A stretch of 64,000 bases of DNA from Negaprion brevirostris. Its lineage: Eukaryota. Location of the stretch: assembly GCA_030324005.1 (NCBI GenBank), contig JARDVH010000001.1:143563196-143627195 (forward strand), given 5' to 3'. The translations under genes were made by a program, and so were the position numbers. Below are positions 13,084 through 25,629 of the stretch, piece after piece (the first letter of the stretch is position 1; every line of letters begins with the position of its first letter). A model generated the notes under the pieces. That model was not told the DNA's origin. It worked only from the letters and a program-made list of their open reading frames with translations, and searched no databases.

Positions 13084-13545
13084 AATCATAAATTCCTACA
13101 GTTCAGAAGAGGCACTCGACCCATCAAGTCTGCATCGACTCTCTGACAAACTCTCTTACCCAGGCCCTCTGTAACATTTACCATCCATCTAACCTATACC
13201 TCTTGAGACAATAAAGGGGCAATTTAGCATGGCCAATCCACCTAACATGCACAATTTTGGAATAATGAACCCTAGACCGTTCCTGACTTCATTGCAACAT
13301 CCACAATCTCCAAAATTGGCAGTGAGATTCTCTACCCAACAACTAGGGGACGGAAACCTGGCCAATTTCCACCCTGTTACTGAGAGGAAGGTGTGCCATT
13401 TGCAGCAACTGTATCATTATCCCTGNNNNNNNNNNNNNNNNNNNNNNNNNNNNNNNNNNNNNNNNNNNNNNNNNNNNNNNNNNNNNNNNNNNNNNNNNNN
13501 NNNNNNNNNNNNNNNNNNNNNNNNNGCTAACCACTGTGCCATCAT
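13084..13545 (-). mobile_element. HE1/V-SINE, interrupted and spanning a gap
   Basis: Tail at 13084-13180, core GGGGCAATTTAGCATGGCCAATCCACCTAAC, and head GCTAACCACTGTGCCA after the gap. Confidence 0.75.
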
Positions 13546-13759
13546 GTTAAAGGTCAGATTGATTTTCCTAGGTCACAGACCTACATTTCCCACTTTAATT
13601 GTCCAAAAGATTGAAGGGATAAACTGGGTAAAACTACGGGAATTTAAAAAAAGGCAGATGTGCTCAATTCTCCACATTCAAGAAGAAGAAACGCTGGATT
13701 CAGATGCTGTCAAATTGCCGAGGAACCTACGGACACATGTCACTGAGTAATCCATACAT

Positions 13760-14460
13760 CGTGAAGGGAATGGAATCATTAAAGACGTACATGGCGCCTA
13801 GACCAGACGGGCAGCACCCTAGCATCCCCAAGGAAATAAACGGTAAGGGTACTTAACATGGTTTTGGAATCAACCTGCTATGCCTAATAAACTCACTGGA
13901 ACTCTTTGAAGCAAGGAACATAATAGGACTGGACGTTTGGAAGGCATTTAAAGGAGTTCACTTCTGCTAATTTTGTCAAAGATAAAAGCATGCAGAATGA
14001 CTGATAAACTACTCAGTTGGATTGAAAATTGGCCGGATGGGAGAGAGCAACCGACGATTATAAATGAACCAGGCTGCTGGGGTGCAACTTGGCAAGAGCT
14101 AACTCTGAACTTGCGGCTATTTTCCCCTGTACACTTTGATATACGGCACGGACAATAATTCTGGTTTTAATATCAAACGTACTGATAACAAACCAAGAAT
14201 GTGACGGGGAAGGTGATTTATTGCATCTGAAAGGGGCCTGGGCAAACTAAGTCGAGATTCTAAAGAATGGGAGATGATGTTTGGTCTGGAAAAAATTACA
14301 GTAATGCACTTTAATACAGAAAATACATGGACACCATTAGCAACGAAAGGCAACAAAAAAAGGGTTTTGATATGATAAACAATTGCTATCTGAGAATATC
14401 CAGTCGGCTTGAGGTTGTTCTAAGCAAAGCTCATCAAATAGATTTATATCGCAAGATTGT
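13760..14460 (+). mobile_element. Old CR1 RT-domain fragment
   Basis: Remnants of HGF..CL.NSLELFE and KIKACRMTDKLLSWIENWPDGREQ. Confidence 0.65.
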
Positions 14461-14484
14461 GAATCAGATTGAGTTACTTACTGC

Positions 14485-14690
14485 AAGGTCCTGCAGATGC
14501 TGGAAATCTGAAATTATAAACAGAAAACTCCTCAAATAACCAAGTCAGGCAGCATATGCGGAGAGGGAAATGCAGGTGAGATCGGAGAATTCCGTTCAAT
14601 GTTTCAGGTCAATAATCTTCCAGCAAAACTGGAAGAAATTAGAGATTCAACAGTTTCTAAGCAAGTACAGAATCTGGGAAAGAATGGGAT
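14485..14690 (-). mobile_element. Penelope-like 3' fragment
   Basis: CTGCAGATGCTGGAAATCTGAAATTATAAACAGAAAA...GTCAGGCAGCAT...AATGTTTCAGGTC, the same terminus type as at 27878. Confidence 0.6.
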
Positions 14691-15329
14691 GGGGGTGGGG
14701 GGAGGTGCACAGGCAGAGCAAGGCAAATTCTCTCAGGGTTCAATAAGCTTGCAAAACGTTTCCATCATTTTCAAACTTAGTAAGTGACCAATAAATGCTA
14801 GTTGTGCACCACTGCACCTGAGCAGAGACATCCTTTCATAGCGAACATCATTTTCCATTCCCAATATGCATAACCATATGATATACAAATGGTCTTTCTT
14901 GTTCTTCATTCCTATGTTGGATTCATCTGCCATCCCTTGCTCCATCTGATTCACTGCTCTAGATTTCCTCTAGCTGCGCAGGAAATGGCAAACTGTCATC
15001 AGAATTGCTTATGAGCTTTTCAGTGAAAACAACTGTGTCTTTAACAGGCGTCATCCCATGAAATGACAAATATTCCTTAACGCACAGATCAAGGAAAACT
15101 GACTCTCTCAGCTCTGGATCAGATAGATTTCTCTCTTCTCTATCCACCACTGAAAGATTAGCATTAGGAAAATGCCTGTTCATGCTGTTAGTCTATTTTA
15201 ACTACAAATAAAATCTCTGCAACTCACTTAATTCAGGAAGGGAAAAAAAAACAATGTTGAAGGAGTGGTGCATTGGAAGTACAGCCTTTTGCATGAAACT
15301 TTAAACTTTTCTTTTATCATGTTAAACAT

Positions 15330-15490
15330 AGCACAGCTGGTAGCATTCTTGCCCTGAGTCAGAAGGTCCAGGCAAAGGACTTGAGCACAAGAATTAGGCA
15401 TAACACATCACTGCAGTGCTGACGGAGTATTGCATTGTTGCTGGCGCCACTTTTATAATGAGATGTTAAACGGATGCTCTGTCTGCCATG
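15330..15490 (+). mobile_element. Deu-SINE 5' (tRNA-derived head) fragment
   Basis: GGTAGCATTCTTGCCCTGAGTCAGAAGG...GACTTGAGCACAA...CAGTGCTGACGGAGTATTGCATTGTTG...GAGATGTTAAACGGA. Confidence 0.65.
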
Positions 15491-16204
15491 CATGTGTGCA
15501 CACATCTGCTTAAATTTAATGAGGTATCTTTTTTAACCCTGGCCTCTGGTTGAAGCACAACAATCATTTGTAGATGTGTCCTTCATCTTATTCATCTTCT
15601 TAGAAGAGAAGCTAAGAGTGGAAAGAGAAAACTTGATAATACTGAGTTGTATTCAGGCTGCAACGAATTTATTGATTGGCAATGGTCAAGTCTCACTGCA
15701 CATTAACAAGCAACTAAGTAAAGCTAGCATTTTCAACATTAAGGGATATTAGGTGTGAATCAGAAGGAAATCAATTTAATCATTTTCAGTAACACGAGTG
15801 ACTGCCACTACAGATAGGTGATCTAAATTGCCTTAAGCCAAAACTTCAGACTGAACTGTAGTTCCTTTTATGCTTTCACTGCCTGGCTGATTTTCACAAC
15901 TGTCTCCTTCATCATTATAAAGAGAGACATTATAAATGAAAATATATCGTCACATCATAGAATAACATCAAGGTTATTTTCTTGTCATGACACAATGGGT
16001 TTCTACACCAGTAGGCTGCAAAGTGCTAGAATGCATAACAACTTAAAGATAAAATTATTTTAAAAATATATAATTTTCCTGTCAACACTTAATCATCATT
16101 GTAACAGCACTGTCATTCATTAACATGGATACAGGCTACTGATTATATTACAGAATAGTATAATGAATACATGATAGTATAATGAATACATAGTTGAATA
16201 CGTG

Positions 16205-16445
16205 GAAACCCATCACTTGGAAGTAACCCCCAAGATACTCACTATCCTAACTTGGAAATGTATTGTTCCCTCAGAGTCGCTGGGTCAAAATCCCTTCCTA
16301 ATGGCACTGTGGGTGCACCTACATCAAAGGGACTGCAGCAGTTCCAGAAGTCAGCTCACCATCATTTTCTTAAGGACAATTAGAAATGGGCAATAAATAC
16401 TGGCCTGGCCAGTGATGCCCACATCCCACGAATAAATTTTAAAAT
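16205..16445 (+). mobile_element. 3' tail of the second CR1-group family
   Basis: GCAGCAGTTCCAGAAGTCAGCTCACCATCATTTTCTTAAGGACAATTAGAAATGGGCAATAAATACTGGCCTGGCCAGTGATGCCCACATCCC. Confidence 0.8.
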
Positions 16446-16924
16446 GCTGGGAAAATTAGTATGCCAGAAGAAAAATGTACCAGGTTAATCTATAGTAGTT
16501 ACAAAAAGATCACCAGAGATTCCTGGACAAAGTCAACCAATTAATTCTTCCTTCCAATAGACACGTGCAGTGAATGCAACTGAAAAAGCAAGATAGATAA
16601 ATTGCCCCCTAAATTGTATTCATTCCAGTGATGCTCATAATAAACTGTATGAGACACACAAGACAAACAGCATTGACAACTTAATCAACTGACTTATGAA
16701 AACAAAAACAACTGACCACACAGGTCATATTATAAAATGTTTTAACTATTACTTGAAAACAGTTCAGCAGTGCGAAGTGTGGAATAAATCAAAGGTATTT
16801 TTTAAATAAAATGCATCTAGGTAATTTTACATCCTGGTACCTATACCTACAGATGAATCCCTGAGGTTTATTGTGATTTAAAAAATGATTTATCAGTAAG
16901 TACTTCTTAAAATAGTGCATTAAA

Positions 16925-17450
16925 GCATAGAGAAATAATAGATTTAGCTGGCCTATATGGCATGGTTTAATTGCTGCATCCCAAACCTAATCCATTGATT
17001 ATGCAATCTCCCAGTTGAGGCAAAAAATGACTCGAAGCCCATTTAGAGAAAAAAATTCTGGGAAATACCCCTCTGACCCTTAATGCACTACAAGAAATTA
17101 TTGAAGACCACAGCACAATGGCACATGCTCCAGTGCCCATCTACAATGTGAATTCTTCCAGTGGTTGCAAGTGTCAGCAAACTCCTTAACATATTTAAGT
17201 TTGACAGGCTCATATACTTGGACAAAGTTTAATCTTTCATTATGTTTAAAACATCTCAATTAAACTCTTTAAAATCCAGGCTTTTCCAGAGCAAAAAGTC
17301 TAACATCTCTCAACTTAACATGATAATCAAAAAGTATTTCAACCTTGATGTCAATCTAATGGCCCTCCTCTGTACATTTTCCCCAATTCTCTATCTCTAC
17401 TGTGACAGAAGGGATGAAACTTGGCACAGCAAAAGGCACCTACACATTTT
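16925..17450 (-). mobile_element. Very old CR1 3' fragment
   Basis: Antisense CR1 motifs CTTTTCCAGAGCAAAAAGTCTAAC...AATCTAATGGCCCTCCTCTGTACATTTTCC. Confidence 0.45.
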
Positions 17451-17559
17451 CGGTTGAAACCCAAATTTTTGTTGTTCTGTTGGTTGTCTTAAAACAGCTG
17501 AAAGAAGTAGATTACCAACTTTCAACACATAACTGGGAGAGCGAACCTCGGTGAAGTGG

Positions 17560-19646
17560 AATGACCAACCTGCAGCTGGCTTCATGGCACCATCGTCACA
17601 TACAGGATACTAAGTTGGCCAGATTCAGAGCAAATCTAGCAGCTCAAAACTGAGCATCCATAGAGTGTTGTGGGCCATCAACAGCAGCAGAAATGCATTC
17701 AACCATCATGTCTCCCATTTTACCATTACAATCAGACCAGAACACAAACATTGGTTTAACAAAAGGAGTGTAGGACAGCATGTCAGAACCAGCACCACCA
17801 GGCAAAGCTAAAAATGCACTGCCAATCAGTAACCCTATAACACAGCATTACATGCAGGTTAATTAGCAAAGGCAGCGCTAAGTGATACCAACACAAAGAA
17901 ATCAAAACTCTACAGTCCCGTCACATCCAGTTGTGAATGGTGATTGAACATTAAACTACTAATGGAGGAGGAATTTCCACAGAGGTCCATCCTCAAGACT
18001 GGGGAGCTGAGCATCCAGGGAAAAGGACCAAAGCATTTCCAACCATCTTCCTCCAGAATTGCCAAATGGATGATCCATCTAGCCCACCTCCTGAGATTCC
18101 CACCACCGCAGATGCCAGTCTTTGACCAATTCAATGTCACTGTGTGATATCAAGAAATCAAACACATTAAAGGCTATGGGCCTTGACCACATCCTGGCTG
18201 TGATACCGAAGAAGACTTGTCCCCCAGAACTAGGCGCCAAGCTATTCAGGACAGCTACAACCCTGTCTTTTCTTGACATTGTGGAAAACTGCCCAGGTAT
18301 ACCTTATCCACAAAATACAAAACAAATTCAACCTGATCAATTAGCACACCATTAGCCTTCTCCCAAACAAAGTGAGGAAAGGTATAGTCAACAGTGCTAT
18401 CAAGCGCACACTGATAACTTACTCCCCAACACTCAATCTGGGTTCCTCAAGAGTCACTCAGCTTCACAGCTCGTCATAGCTTTGATCTAAATATGAAAGG
18501 AAGAATCGAATTGTTTGAGGGGAGATGACTGCTTTTGACAACAAGGCATAATTTGATTGAATGTGGCCTCTCAGACTGCAAGCAAAATAGAAGTAATTGA
18601 GAATCATGGGGGAAATTCTCCATTGGTTGGAGGCATACCTCTCACACAAAAGACAATAGTTATGGTTATTAGAGACCAAATCATCTTAACCCCAGGACAT
18701 TGCTGCAGGGTTAGTCTTACCCCTCTTCGCTTACTTCAATCATCTTTCCTCCATCATATGATCACAAATTGTGATTTTTGCCAATGATTGCACAATGTTC
18801 AATACCATTTACAACTCCTCAGCTACTGAAGGAGTAATCAGCCACATGCAGAAAAACCTGGAAAATGTCAGGCTTGGACTGACAAATAAAATATAGTCAA
18901 CACAAGTGCCAGGCAAGGACCATCATAACCCTTTCTTGATTCTAATAATCTCCCTTTGATGCTCAACAACATTCCCATCACCGTTTTTGCCACCAACAAT
19001 TTGGGAGACTACCATTGATCAAAGATGTAACTTGGCCACAGACTTAACTTGGTCAGCCATATAAATACTGCGGCTATAAGAGTAGGTCAGAGGCTGCAAA
19101 TTTCATGGCAAGTGGCTCACCTCCTGCCTCTCCAAAGGTCTGTCCATCATTTACAAGGCACAAGTCAGGAGTGTGAAGGAATGCTCTCCACTTGTCTCAA
19201 CAAGTGAGCCTGTATAAACACAGGAAGCTTGACACCACCCACGGCAAAGTACCCCCTTGACTGGTACCTCATTAACCACTTTAAACATTCTTTCCTTCCA
19301 GCACCAATGCATATTGGCTGCAGTGTGTACCATCTACAAGGTGTACTGCAGTGGTCAGAGTCCTAATGACAGCACCTTCTAAATCTGCAACCTTGAAAAA
19401 CAAGGGCAGCATGCACAACCTGCAAATTCCCCTCAAAGCCACACAACTCTTTTGTCTTTCCTTACTGTTCCTGGGCCAAAATGTTGGAATCCTCTCCCTC
19501 AAAAGCACTGTGGGTGTACCTATAGCACATGGATAACAACAGTTATAGAAGGCAGCTCGCCACCACGCCTGGAGGAGCAATTAGGGATGGGCAGTAAATG
19601 CTAGTATTGTCAGTGATGCTCACAGCCCATGAACAAAAAGAAAAAA
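17560..19646 (+). mobile_element. About 2.1-kb decayed CR1-group LINE (second family), ORF2 to tail
   Basis: DIKK..LKAMGLDHILAVIPKKTCPPEL..KLF, RT remnants, YKAQVRSVKECSPL, and the tail AATTAGGGATGGGCAGTAAATGCT followed by an A-rich end. Confidence 0.85.
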
Positions 19647-19959
19647 GCCATAACAGCAGTACTCCAGCACCTTTCACCTTTCAAAATTAGTACACTTTCA
19701 TGTACATTAGACCTACAATACCAAGGCAAGACATTAGAGAGTTTAAGCAGATGTATAAAGAGATAAGTCATCTGTTCTCTGTGTATGGTTATTCACCTGA
19801 AGCCAAGGATCATTTTGCAGCTCTGAACAAAGCCATTTTACAAACAAGTAGAACAATGCCAAGCATAATATAAAGGTACAATGAGTGTAGTGCAGACTCA
19901 GTGCTGACGAGGAAAGCAATACATGAAACTGCAACACAAGTTTGTATTTGAAGAGGAGT

Positions 19960-20270
19960 GTAGAAACCAAATATAATGGTATTATTGCTGCATAAGGTGT
20001 TAGTCATAGGAAATATATTGCCCTCAAAAGGATGCAGAGTAAAGCAGTTGATATGATTTGGGGATAAGGCATTCTGAGTAATTAGAAAGGCTAAGGAAGT
20101 CGAGTTTGCTGTTTTTGGATAGGACACTTCAAATGTGATCTAAAATTGAGCTTCCAAGTTTTTGAGTAATTGACAACATTAATCCAGCCTCAATGTTTAC
20201 TAAAAGTAAATGTTCAAACATTAGAGGGCACAGGATAAAATTAGAACGTTAGGGGAAATTGAGGCAAACT
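19960..20270 (+). mobile_element. Very old CR1 C-terminal fragment
   Basis: ATATTGCCCTCAAAAGGATGCAGAGTAAAGCAG...GAAAGGCTAAGGAAG...TTAGAGGGCACAGGATAAAATT. Confidence 0.45.
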
Positions 20271-21350
20271 TACCACTTAGTACGAATTCTGAGATAGATA
20301 TTTTCTTGTATTCAATGGCACCAGTCACTTCCCTAAGTGGGAAGAGGCACTTGCTTTTGTGGGACTTGGCTCACACTGCTTTACATCTGCTTATACAATA
20401 GCATAACCCAGAGGGGGTGTAATAATACCCATTTGTGACCGGAATTGGATATTTGTGTCTTTCACACATATGCTGTTTCAATCTCTCCAGAAACAGATCA
20501 AACAAACACTGAGTGAGATGAAATCAGACATCTCAAGGGCAGTTAGGGACATGCAATAAATGCTTGCCTTGTCAGGGAGTGCCCATAGTCCATGACCCAA
20601 ATAAATAAAACACAAATAAAAAGCTTCAGCTACTACTACTCTTCACCAATTCCACCAGTGGGATTGTGGCAGCATACCTACAATATTTTCAGTCTTTACT
20701 GTCTTGTGTAGTGTCACGTATTGCAGAAGTTTAATTTGATCTTTCTTTTAAGTTTTGCATGATTGCATAGTCCAAGTGTTTCAAAATGCACAACTTACGA
20801 AGAACTTGCCACACTTTCCTACACCAGTGGGCCCTTAGTGACTTAAACTATGACTTCTAACTGTTCCTTTGGCATGTTTGACCTTAGCCTCCACAAAACA
20901 TACTGCAGCTTCCTCTCTAAAAAAAAACTCAGCAGCCAGTACTGCATCCTGTTTGAAAATTCTCCCTGCCAGCTTGTATCCCAGCCTCCACCTTGTGTTT
21001 CTCGGCTCAATTATTTTCCAATTCAACAAGTGTGATATGTTTTCCAATTGACACAACAGGCTTGTTATGAACTGCTTCCTTCCCACTATGAGGAGATGCA
21101 GCTACCTCAATGGTATCTAAACTACCCATCACTCCAAACTTTAAAAATAAATCTGGATACATCAAAAGTAGTTTTTTCAGTATTGAAAATCAGTCCCAAA
21201 AAGCTGCAAGAGGACTCCATGCAAAAGATAAAAAGAGTAATTGAATAAGATACTGGGGAGGTTATTGATGCAGGCAATGCTGAGAGAGTATATTCAACAG
21301 CAACTGGTCTCTTGACTAGTCTACGTGTTTGCATTCAAGTAAAATACCTT

Positions 21351-21667
21351 GGGTGGCACAGTGCTTAGCACTGTTGCCTCAGTGCCAGGGACCCAGGTTT
21401 GATTCCAGCCTTAGGTGCTGTCTGTGTGGAATCTGCACATTCTCCCTGCAAGTGTGGGAATTTCCTTCGGGTGCTCCAGTTTCCTCCCACAATCCAAAGA
21501 TGTGCAAGTGAGGTGGTTGGCCATGCTAAATTGCCCCTTAGTGTCCCAAAGTATGTAGGGTAATTATGTGGGGTTATGAAGATAGGGTGCAAGAGCAGCT
21601 GGGTGAGATGCTCCTTCAGAGAGTTGGTGCAGACTCAATGGCTTCCTCCTGCACTGTAGGGATTCTA
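21351..21667 (+). mobile_element. HE1/V-SINE, CR1-type tail
   Basis: A box GTGGCACAGTGCTTAGCAC, B box GGTTTGATTCC, V domain GGGTGCTCCAGTTTCCTCCCACAATCCAAAGATGTGC, tail CTGCACTGTAGGGATTCTA. Confidence 0.92.
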
Positions 21668-21865
21668 CTCAGCACCAGGCTTCAGCTGCCACACATGATA
21701 TTAAGTATTCTTGATAAAGGATGATTCTCACATCCATTTACACTTAGACGCTTACAAGGGTGAGGGGCAGAAGTTGTCAAACTGTAACAACAGTTTAAAA
21801 TGGGGATGTTAAAAAAACTTGAGGTTTCTGTGTTTTGGAATTCAGTTAATTACAATTGCACAACA

Positions 21866-22176
21866 GGGACGACACAATGGTTAGCACTGCTGCCTCTCAG
21901 TGCCAGGGACCCACGTTCAATTCCAGCCTCAGGTCACTGTCTGTGTGGAGTTTGCATATTCTCCCCGCGTCTACGTGGGTTTCCTCTGAGTGTTCCCGTT
22001 TCCTCCCACAGTCTGAAGATGTGTGGGTTAGGTTAATTGGCCACTCTAAATTGATCCTAGTGTCAGGGGATTTGCAGGGTCAATGAGTGGTTACGGGAAT
22101 AGGGTCTGGGCGGAATTGCAGTCGGTGCAGACTCGATGAACCAAATGGCCTCCTTCTGCACTGCAGGGATTCTATG
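21866..22176 (+). mobile_element. HE1/V-SINE, CR1-type tail
   Basis: TGGTTAGCACTGCTGCCTCTCAGTGCCAGGGACCCACGTTCAATTCC...AATGGCCTCCTTCTGCACTGCAGGGATTCTATG. Confidence 0.92.
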
Positions 22177-22603
22177 AACAACAATTGCTTAACCACCCTT
22201 CCAAAGCTGCTTTCCTCAAATTTCTTTTGGCAACTATTCCAAAATTGTATTCAAATTCCCATCAAATTACATCCAGATTTTCCTTCAATTTATGGACTGC
22301 CAAACAGATGTGAAATTTCATGAACTGTACAAATACAAAATATTCAGGATAAATAGAAATACAGATTAGGGCCATCCAAAAGAGTACTCATCCAAAGGAT
22401 GAACTCATAAAATCCAGAACAAAATGTTCAACTGCTGGTGAAGAGGGAGAAAACGCTGAATATATACCAACTTTCCATCCCCTGTCACTAAAATGCTCTG
22501 TTGGTACTGAACGGCCACTTTGTACAGCAGTTCTAAACGTGAAGAGTTTTGCTAATATATTGGCAAAAATCATCATGTTTGTGTAGGACAGTGTAACAGC
22601 AGA

Positions 22604-23241
22604 TTTTTTTTCCAAAAACATAATTTATTCATAAAAATCTCAAATAAACTATTGCAAATCTACATGGCTTTGAATTGCAAACAGTGCAGAATCAAAACAT
22701 TTTTACAGTTTTATACAAATTACAGTCATTACATTTCAATACTTAAAGCTATATACATGCCTCAATAAATTACTGTGTGCCGTTAGTGCTCAGATTGGCA
22801 CACAGCTCCGCAGGTCGAGGGTGTTCTGCAGTTCCCGGGCCCTCGGTCTGCCTCTGTTAAAAGGCCTTACAGTGTGGCCTTTCCCCATCGTGCCTTTGCA
22901 GCGGCTGCCCCAAGCTTCAGTCCGTCCCTCAGCACGTAGTCCTGGACCTTGGAATGTGCCAGTCTGCAACACTCGGTNNNNNNNNNNNNNNNNNNNNNNN
23001 NNNNNNNNNNNNNNNNNNNNNNNNNNNNNNNNNNNNNNNNNNNNNNNNNNNNNNNNNNNNNNNNNNNNNNNNNNNNNTCCCCGGCCCTCGGCCTGTCTCC
23101 GTTAAAAGGCCTTATAGTCTGGCCTTTCCCCATTGTGCCTTTGCGGCGGCTGCCCCAAGCTTCAGCGCGTCACTCAGCACGTAGTCCTGGACCTTGGAAT
23201 GTGCCAGTCTGCAACACTCGGTCGAGGACAGTTCTTTCAGT
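22604..23241 (-). mobile_element. L1/Tx1-clade LINE 3' end with 12-bp TSD
   Basis: ORF2 C-terminus LKELSSTECCRLAHSKVQDYVLSDALKLGAAAAKAQWGKA, then AATAAA and an A8 tail on the minus strand. TSD TGTAACAGCAGA at 22592-22603 and 23242-23253. Confidence 0.85.
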
Positions 23242-23784
23242 TGTAACAGCAGAAGTTGGAGTTGCTGTAGCATTTCGGAACCTAGAGCTGCCTGTGTGTC
23301 AAGATCATCCACTGAAGTGGTACCATCTCCTGACAATAGTTCTGTGCAACTGACTACAACTTGGAAGCAAACGTAACAATTCATGAAGGGCTAGCATTGA
23401 TCCATTGCAATATCTACCACCTAGCTATTTACTTAATAGAAAATCATTTTTTTAAACTAGGTCTGTGGCAGGAAACTAGAGCAGCAACATGCCTACTTAT
23501 TCAGTTTCTGTTTACTAGCTCTTTGCAACAGCTCAAATAGGGAGATTATTTTAATTTTGAGGAATGGAACAAACACATTTTAATTTGGGTTACCAGATGA
23601 TTGTTGTCTGTGCAGCAAATCTCCACATTTGCTCTACCAGATCCATCTCTTTAATCCTGCATTCTAGACCCATCTTTTCATGAATCTGTAACACCGGTGT
23701 GTGGCTAAGAGAGCCAAGCTTAATTCACTAAAAGCCGGGGATCAATACACAAATGTCATTTGCTCATGTTCCAAAACAAAACAC

Positions 23785-24082
23785 CAACATGGTGGTTAGC
23801 ACCACTGCCTCACAGTGCCAGAGACCGGGTTCAATTCCTGACTTGGGTCACTGTCTGTGCGGAGTCTGCATGTTCTCCCCATGTCTATGTGGATTTCCTC
23901 CAGGTGCTCCAAATTCCTCCCACAGTCTGAAAGATGTGCTGGTTAGATGCATTGGCCATGCTAAATTCTCCTTTAGTGTATCCAAAAGGCACCTTAGTGT
24001 GGCGACTCAGATTTTCACAGGAACTTAATTACGGTGCTAATGTAAGCCTACTTATGACACTAATAAATAAACTTAAACTTTA
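23785..24082 (+). mobile_element. HE1/V-SINE with alternative (type B) tail
   Basis: HE1 head and V domain, followed by GTGGCGACTCAGATTTTCACAG...TAATGTAAGCCTACTTATGACACTAATAAATAAACTTAAACTT. Confidence 0.88.
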
Positions 24083-24184
24083 AAGGGAGCACTATCCTGT
24101 GCCTAGCTCTGGGGGAATGTGTTGAATCATAACAGTAGGAGATTACAACCTTATCGTACATAAGAGTTGAATGGATAAGAAGAA

Positions 24185-24490
24185 GAAACTTGGATTCATA
24201 AAGTGCCTTTCAGAATCTTAGCAAATCCCAAAGCTTTTCATAGCCAATTTACGTACTATTGAAATGTTACTATTGTAACTAAAGAAAAAAAAATCAGTCA
24301 ACTAGCAGACAAAATCCCACAAGTGACAATGGGTATGAAAGCATATCATTTGTTTGGGTGGTGTTGAATGCATAAATAGTGACCAGGGCGCAAGAAAAAC
24401 ATCCCTGCTTTTCTTGAAATAATGTGGTGTGATCTTTTATGCCTATGTGAGAGAGCAGATGGGATCTCTGTTTAATGTTTCTTCTGAAAA
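24185..24490 (-). mobile_element. Decayed Deu-SINE
   Basis: CCCAAAGCTTTTCATAGCCAAT...ATAAATAGTGACCAGGGC...CCCTGCTTTTCTTGAAATAATG...GATCTTTTATGCC. Confidence 0.7.
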
Positions 24491-25278
24491 TAGGAATTAT
24501 TTAATGGCAATCTCCTTGGAGATTTAGTCTTTAAATGTTATGAGTAAGGCAATCCTTTCCGGGGTGGGGCATCCCCAACAACCACTGACTCATTGCCAGA
24601 AACCCCCTGTGAGAACTATCAGCAACTAAATGAAAAGATTATAATTGCTGAAAATATAACTTCATACATTTCCCAGACAATCCAGTATAAAATTCATCAA
24701 ATACTGCAGCTGTTAATGCAATATCTTTTTGCACAAAGAGAACAATATCGGAATTTGAATCCTCGTAAGTATAATTATAGATACTACCAAATTTCATTGA
24801 TAGCTAGCAGTGCCTATTCAACACCCATGATTCAGTCTGAGATACAGGAGAGGGAATTCTTAAAACTCTGCTTTCAGCCACTAAATTTGAAATTTTCAGA
24901 GGGAAACCAGGCATCCTTGCATAATCAATATATTTGAGTTGACAGAGTACCCAACATTTAACAGACCTCCCCTGAGAACTGTGTAAAACAGACCTGCATG
25001 GGCATTAAAGCAGCTCTGACCTAACAAGCGGCATTATCTTATGGCTATAATACATTATCCTCATTTATTCTGGCGTAGTTGATCCCACTATGCTTCTCCA
25101 AAACTTCTTTGCTCTCCTGCTTGGTGAGACTGCTCTCACTTTATTCCATTCATAACTATCCAATTATATCCACAGTTCCTTCAGCAATAAAGAATCCATA
25201 CCTCCGCTGTCCCTGAAGTATCTCTTCGCCTTCTTCTTAATTTCTTGCTGCATCTTAGTAAAATTATTCGTTAACATG

Positions 25279-25332
25279 GGTTCCACTCTCACAAGCAATT
25301 CAATGGTTCCACTCTCACAAGCAATTTAATGG
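25279..25332 (+). repeat. 26-bp tandem duplication GGTTCCACTCTCACAAGCAATT(C/T)AAT
   Basis: Two adjacent copies differing at one base, read directly. Confidence 0.9.
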
Positions 25333-25629
25333 TACCCAGATCTAACTCTCTCTGCACCTCCACTATTCCTGTTTCTTCAGACTACTGATCCAGTATCCAG
25401 TCTTGATAAGATGTAAATTTCTTCTCCTTAAACAGTGAAAAGGCCAAAACTATTGTCTTTAACTACAAATTCTGTATTCACAATGCCATCCTCCCTCTAT
25501 TCAGGGTTTCAGATTGAAACACTACCACAAACTCAGCATCCAATTCAACCCCAAGAGAAGCTTCCCATCCTATATTCTTCCTATCACAAGGATCATTTGC
25601 TTCCACCCTTCGTAACACTGCCCACCACA

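Noticed and set aside
16155-16200. 19-bp tandem duplication ATAGTATAATGAATACATG
   Set aside because: An ordinary slippage duplication with no further structure.
21351-21420. tRNA gene
   Set aside because: The A/B boxes belong to HE1 SINE heads and there is no complete cloverleaf.
22388-22621. Minus ORF possibly interrupted by the Tx1 insertion
   Set aside because: Removing the insertion does not restore a long open frame, and no protein family is recognisable.
25060-25280. Lysine-rich minus-strand reading (QQEIKKKAKRYF...AKKFWRSI)
   Set aside because: It has an in-frame stop and no splice signals. It may be a very old LINE remnant but I cannot assign it.
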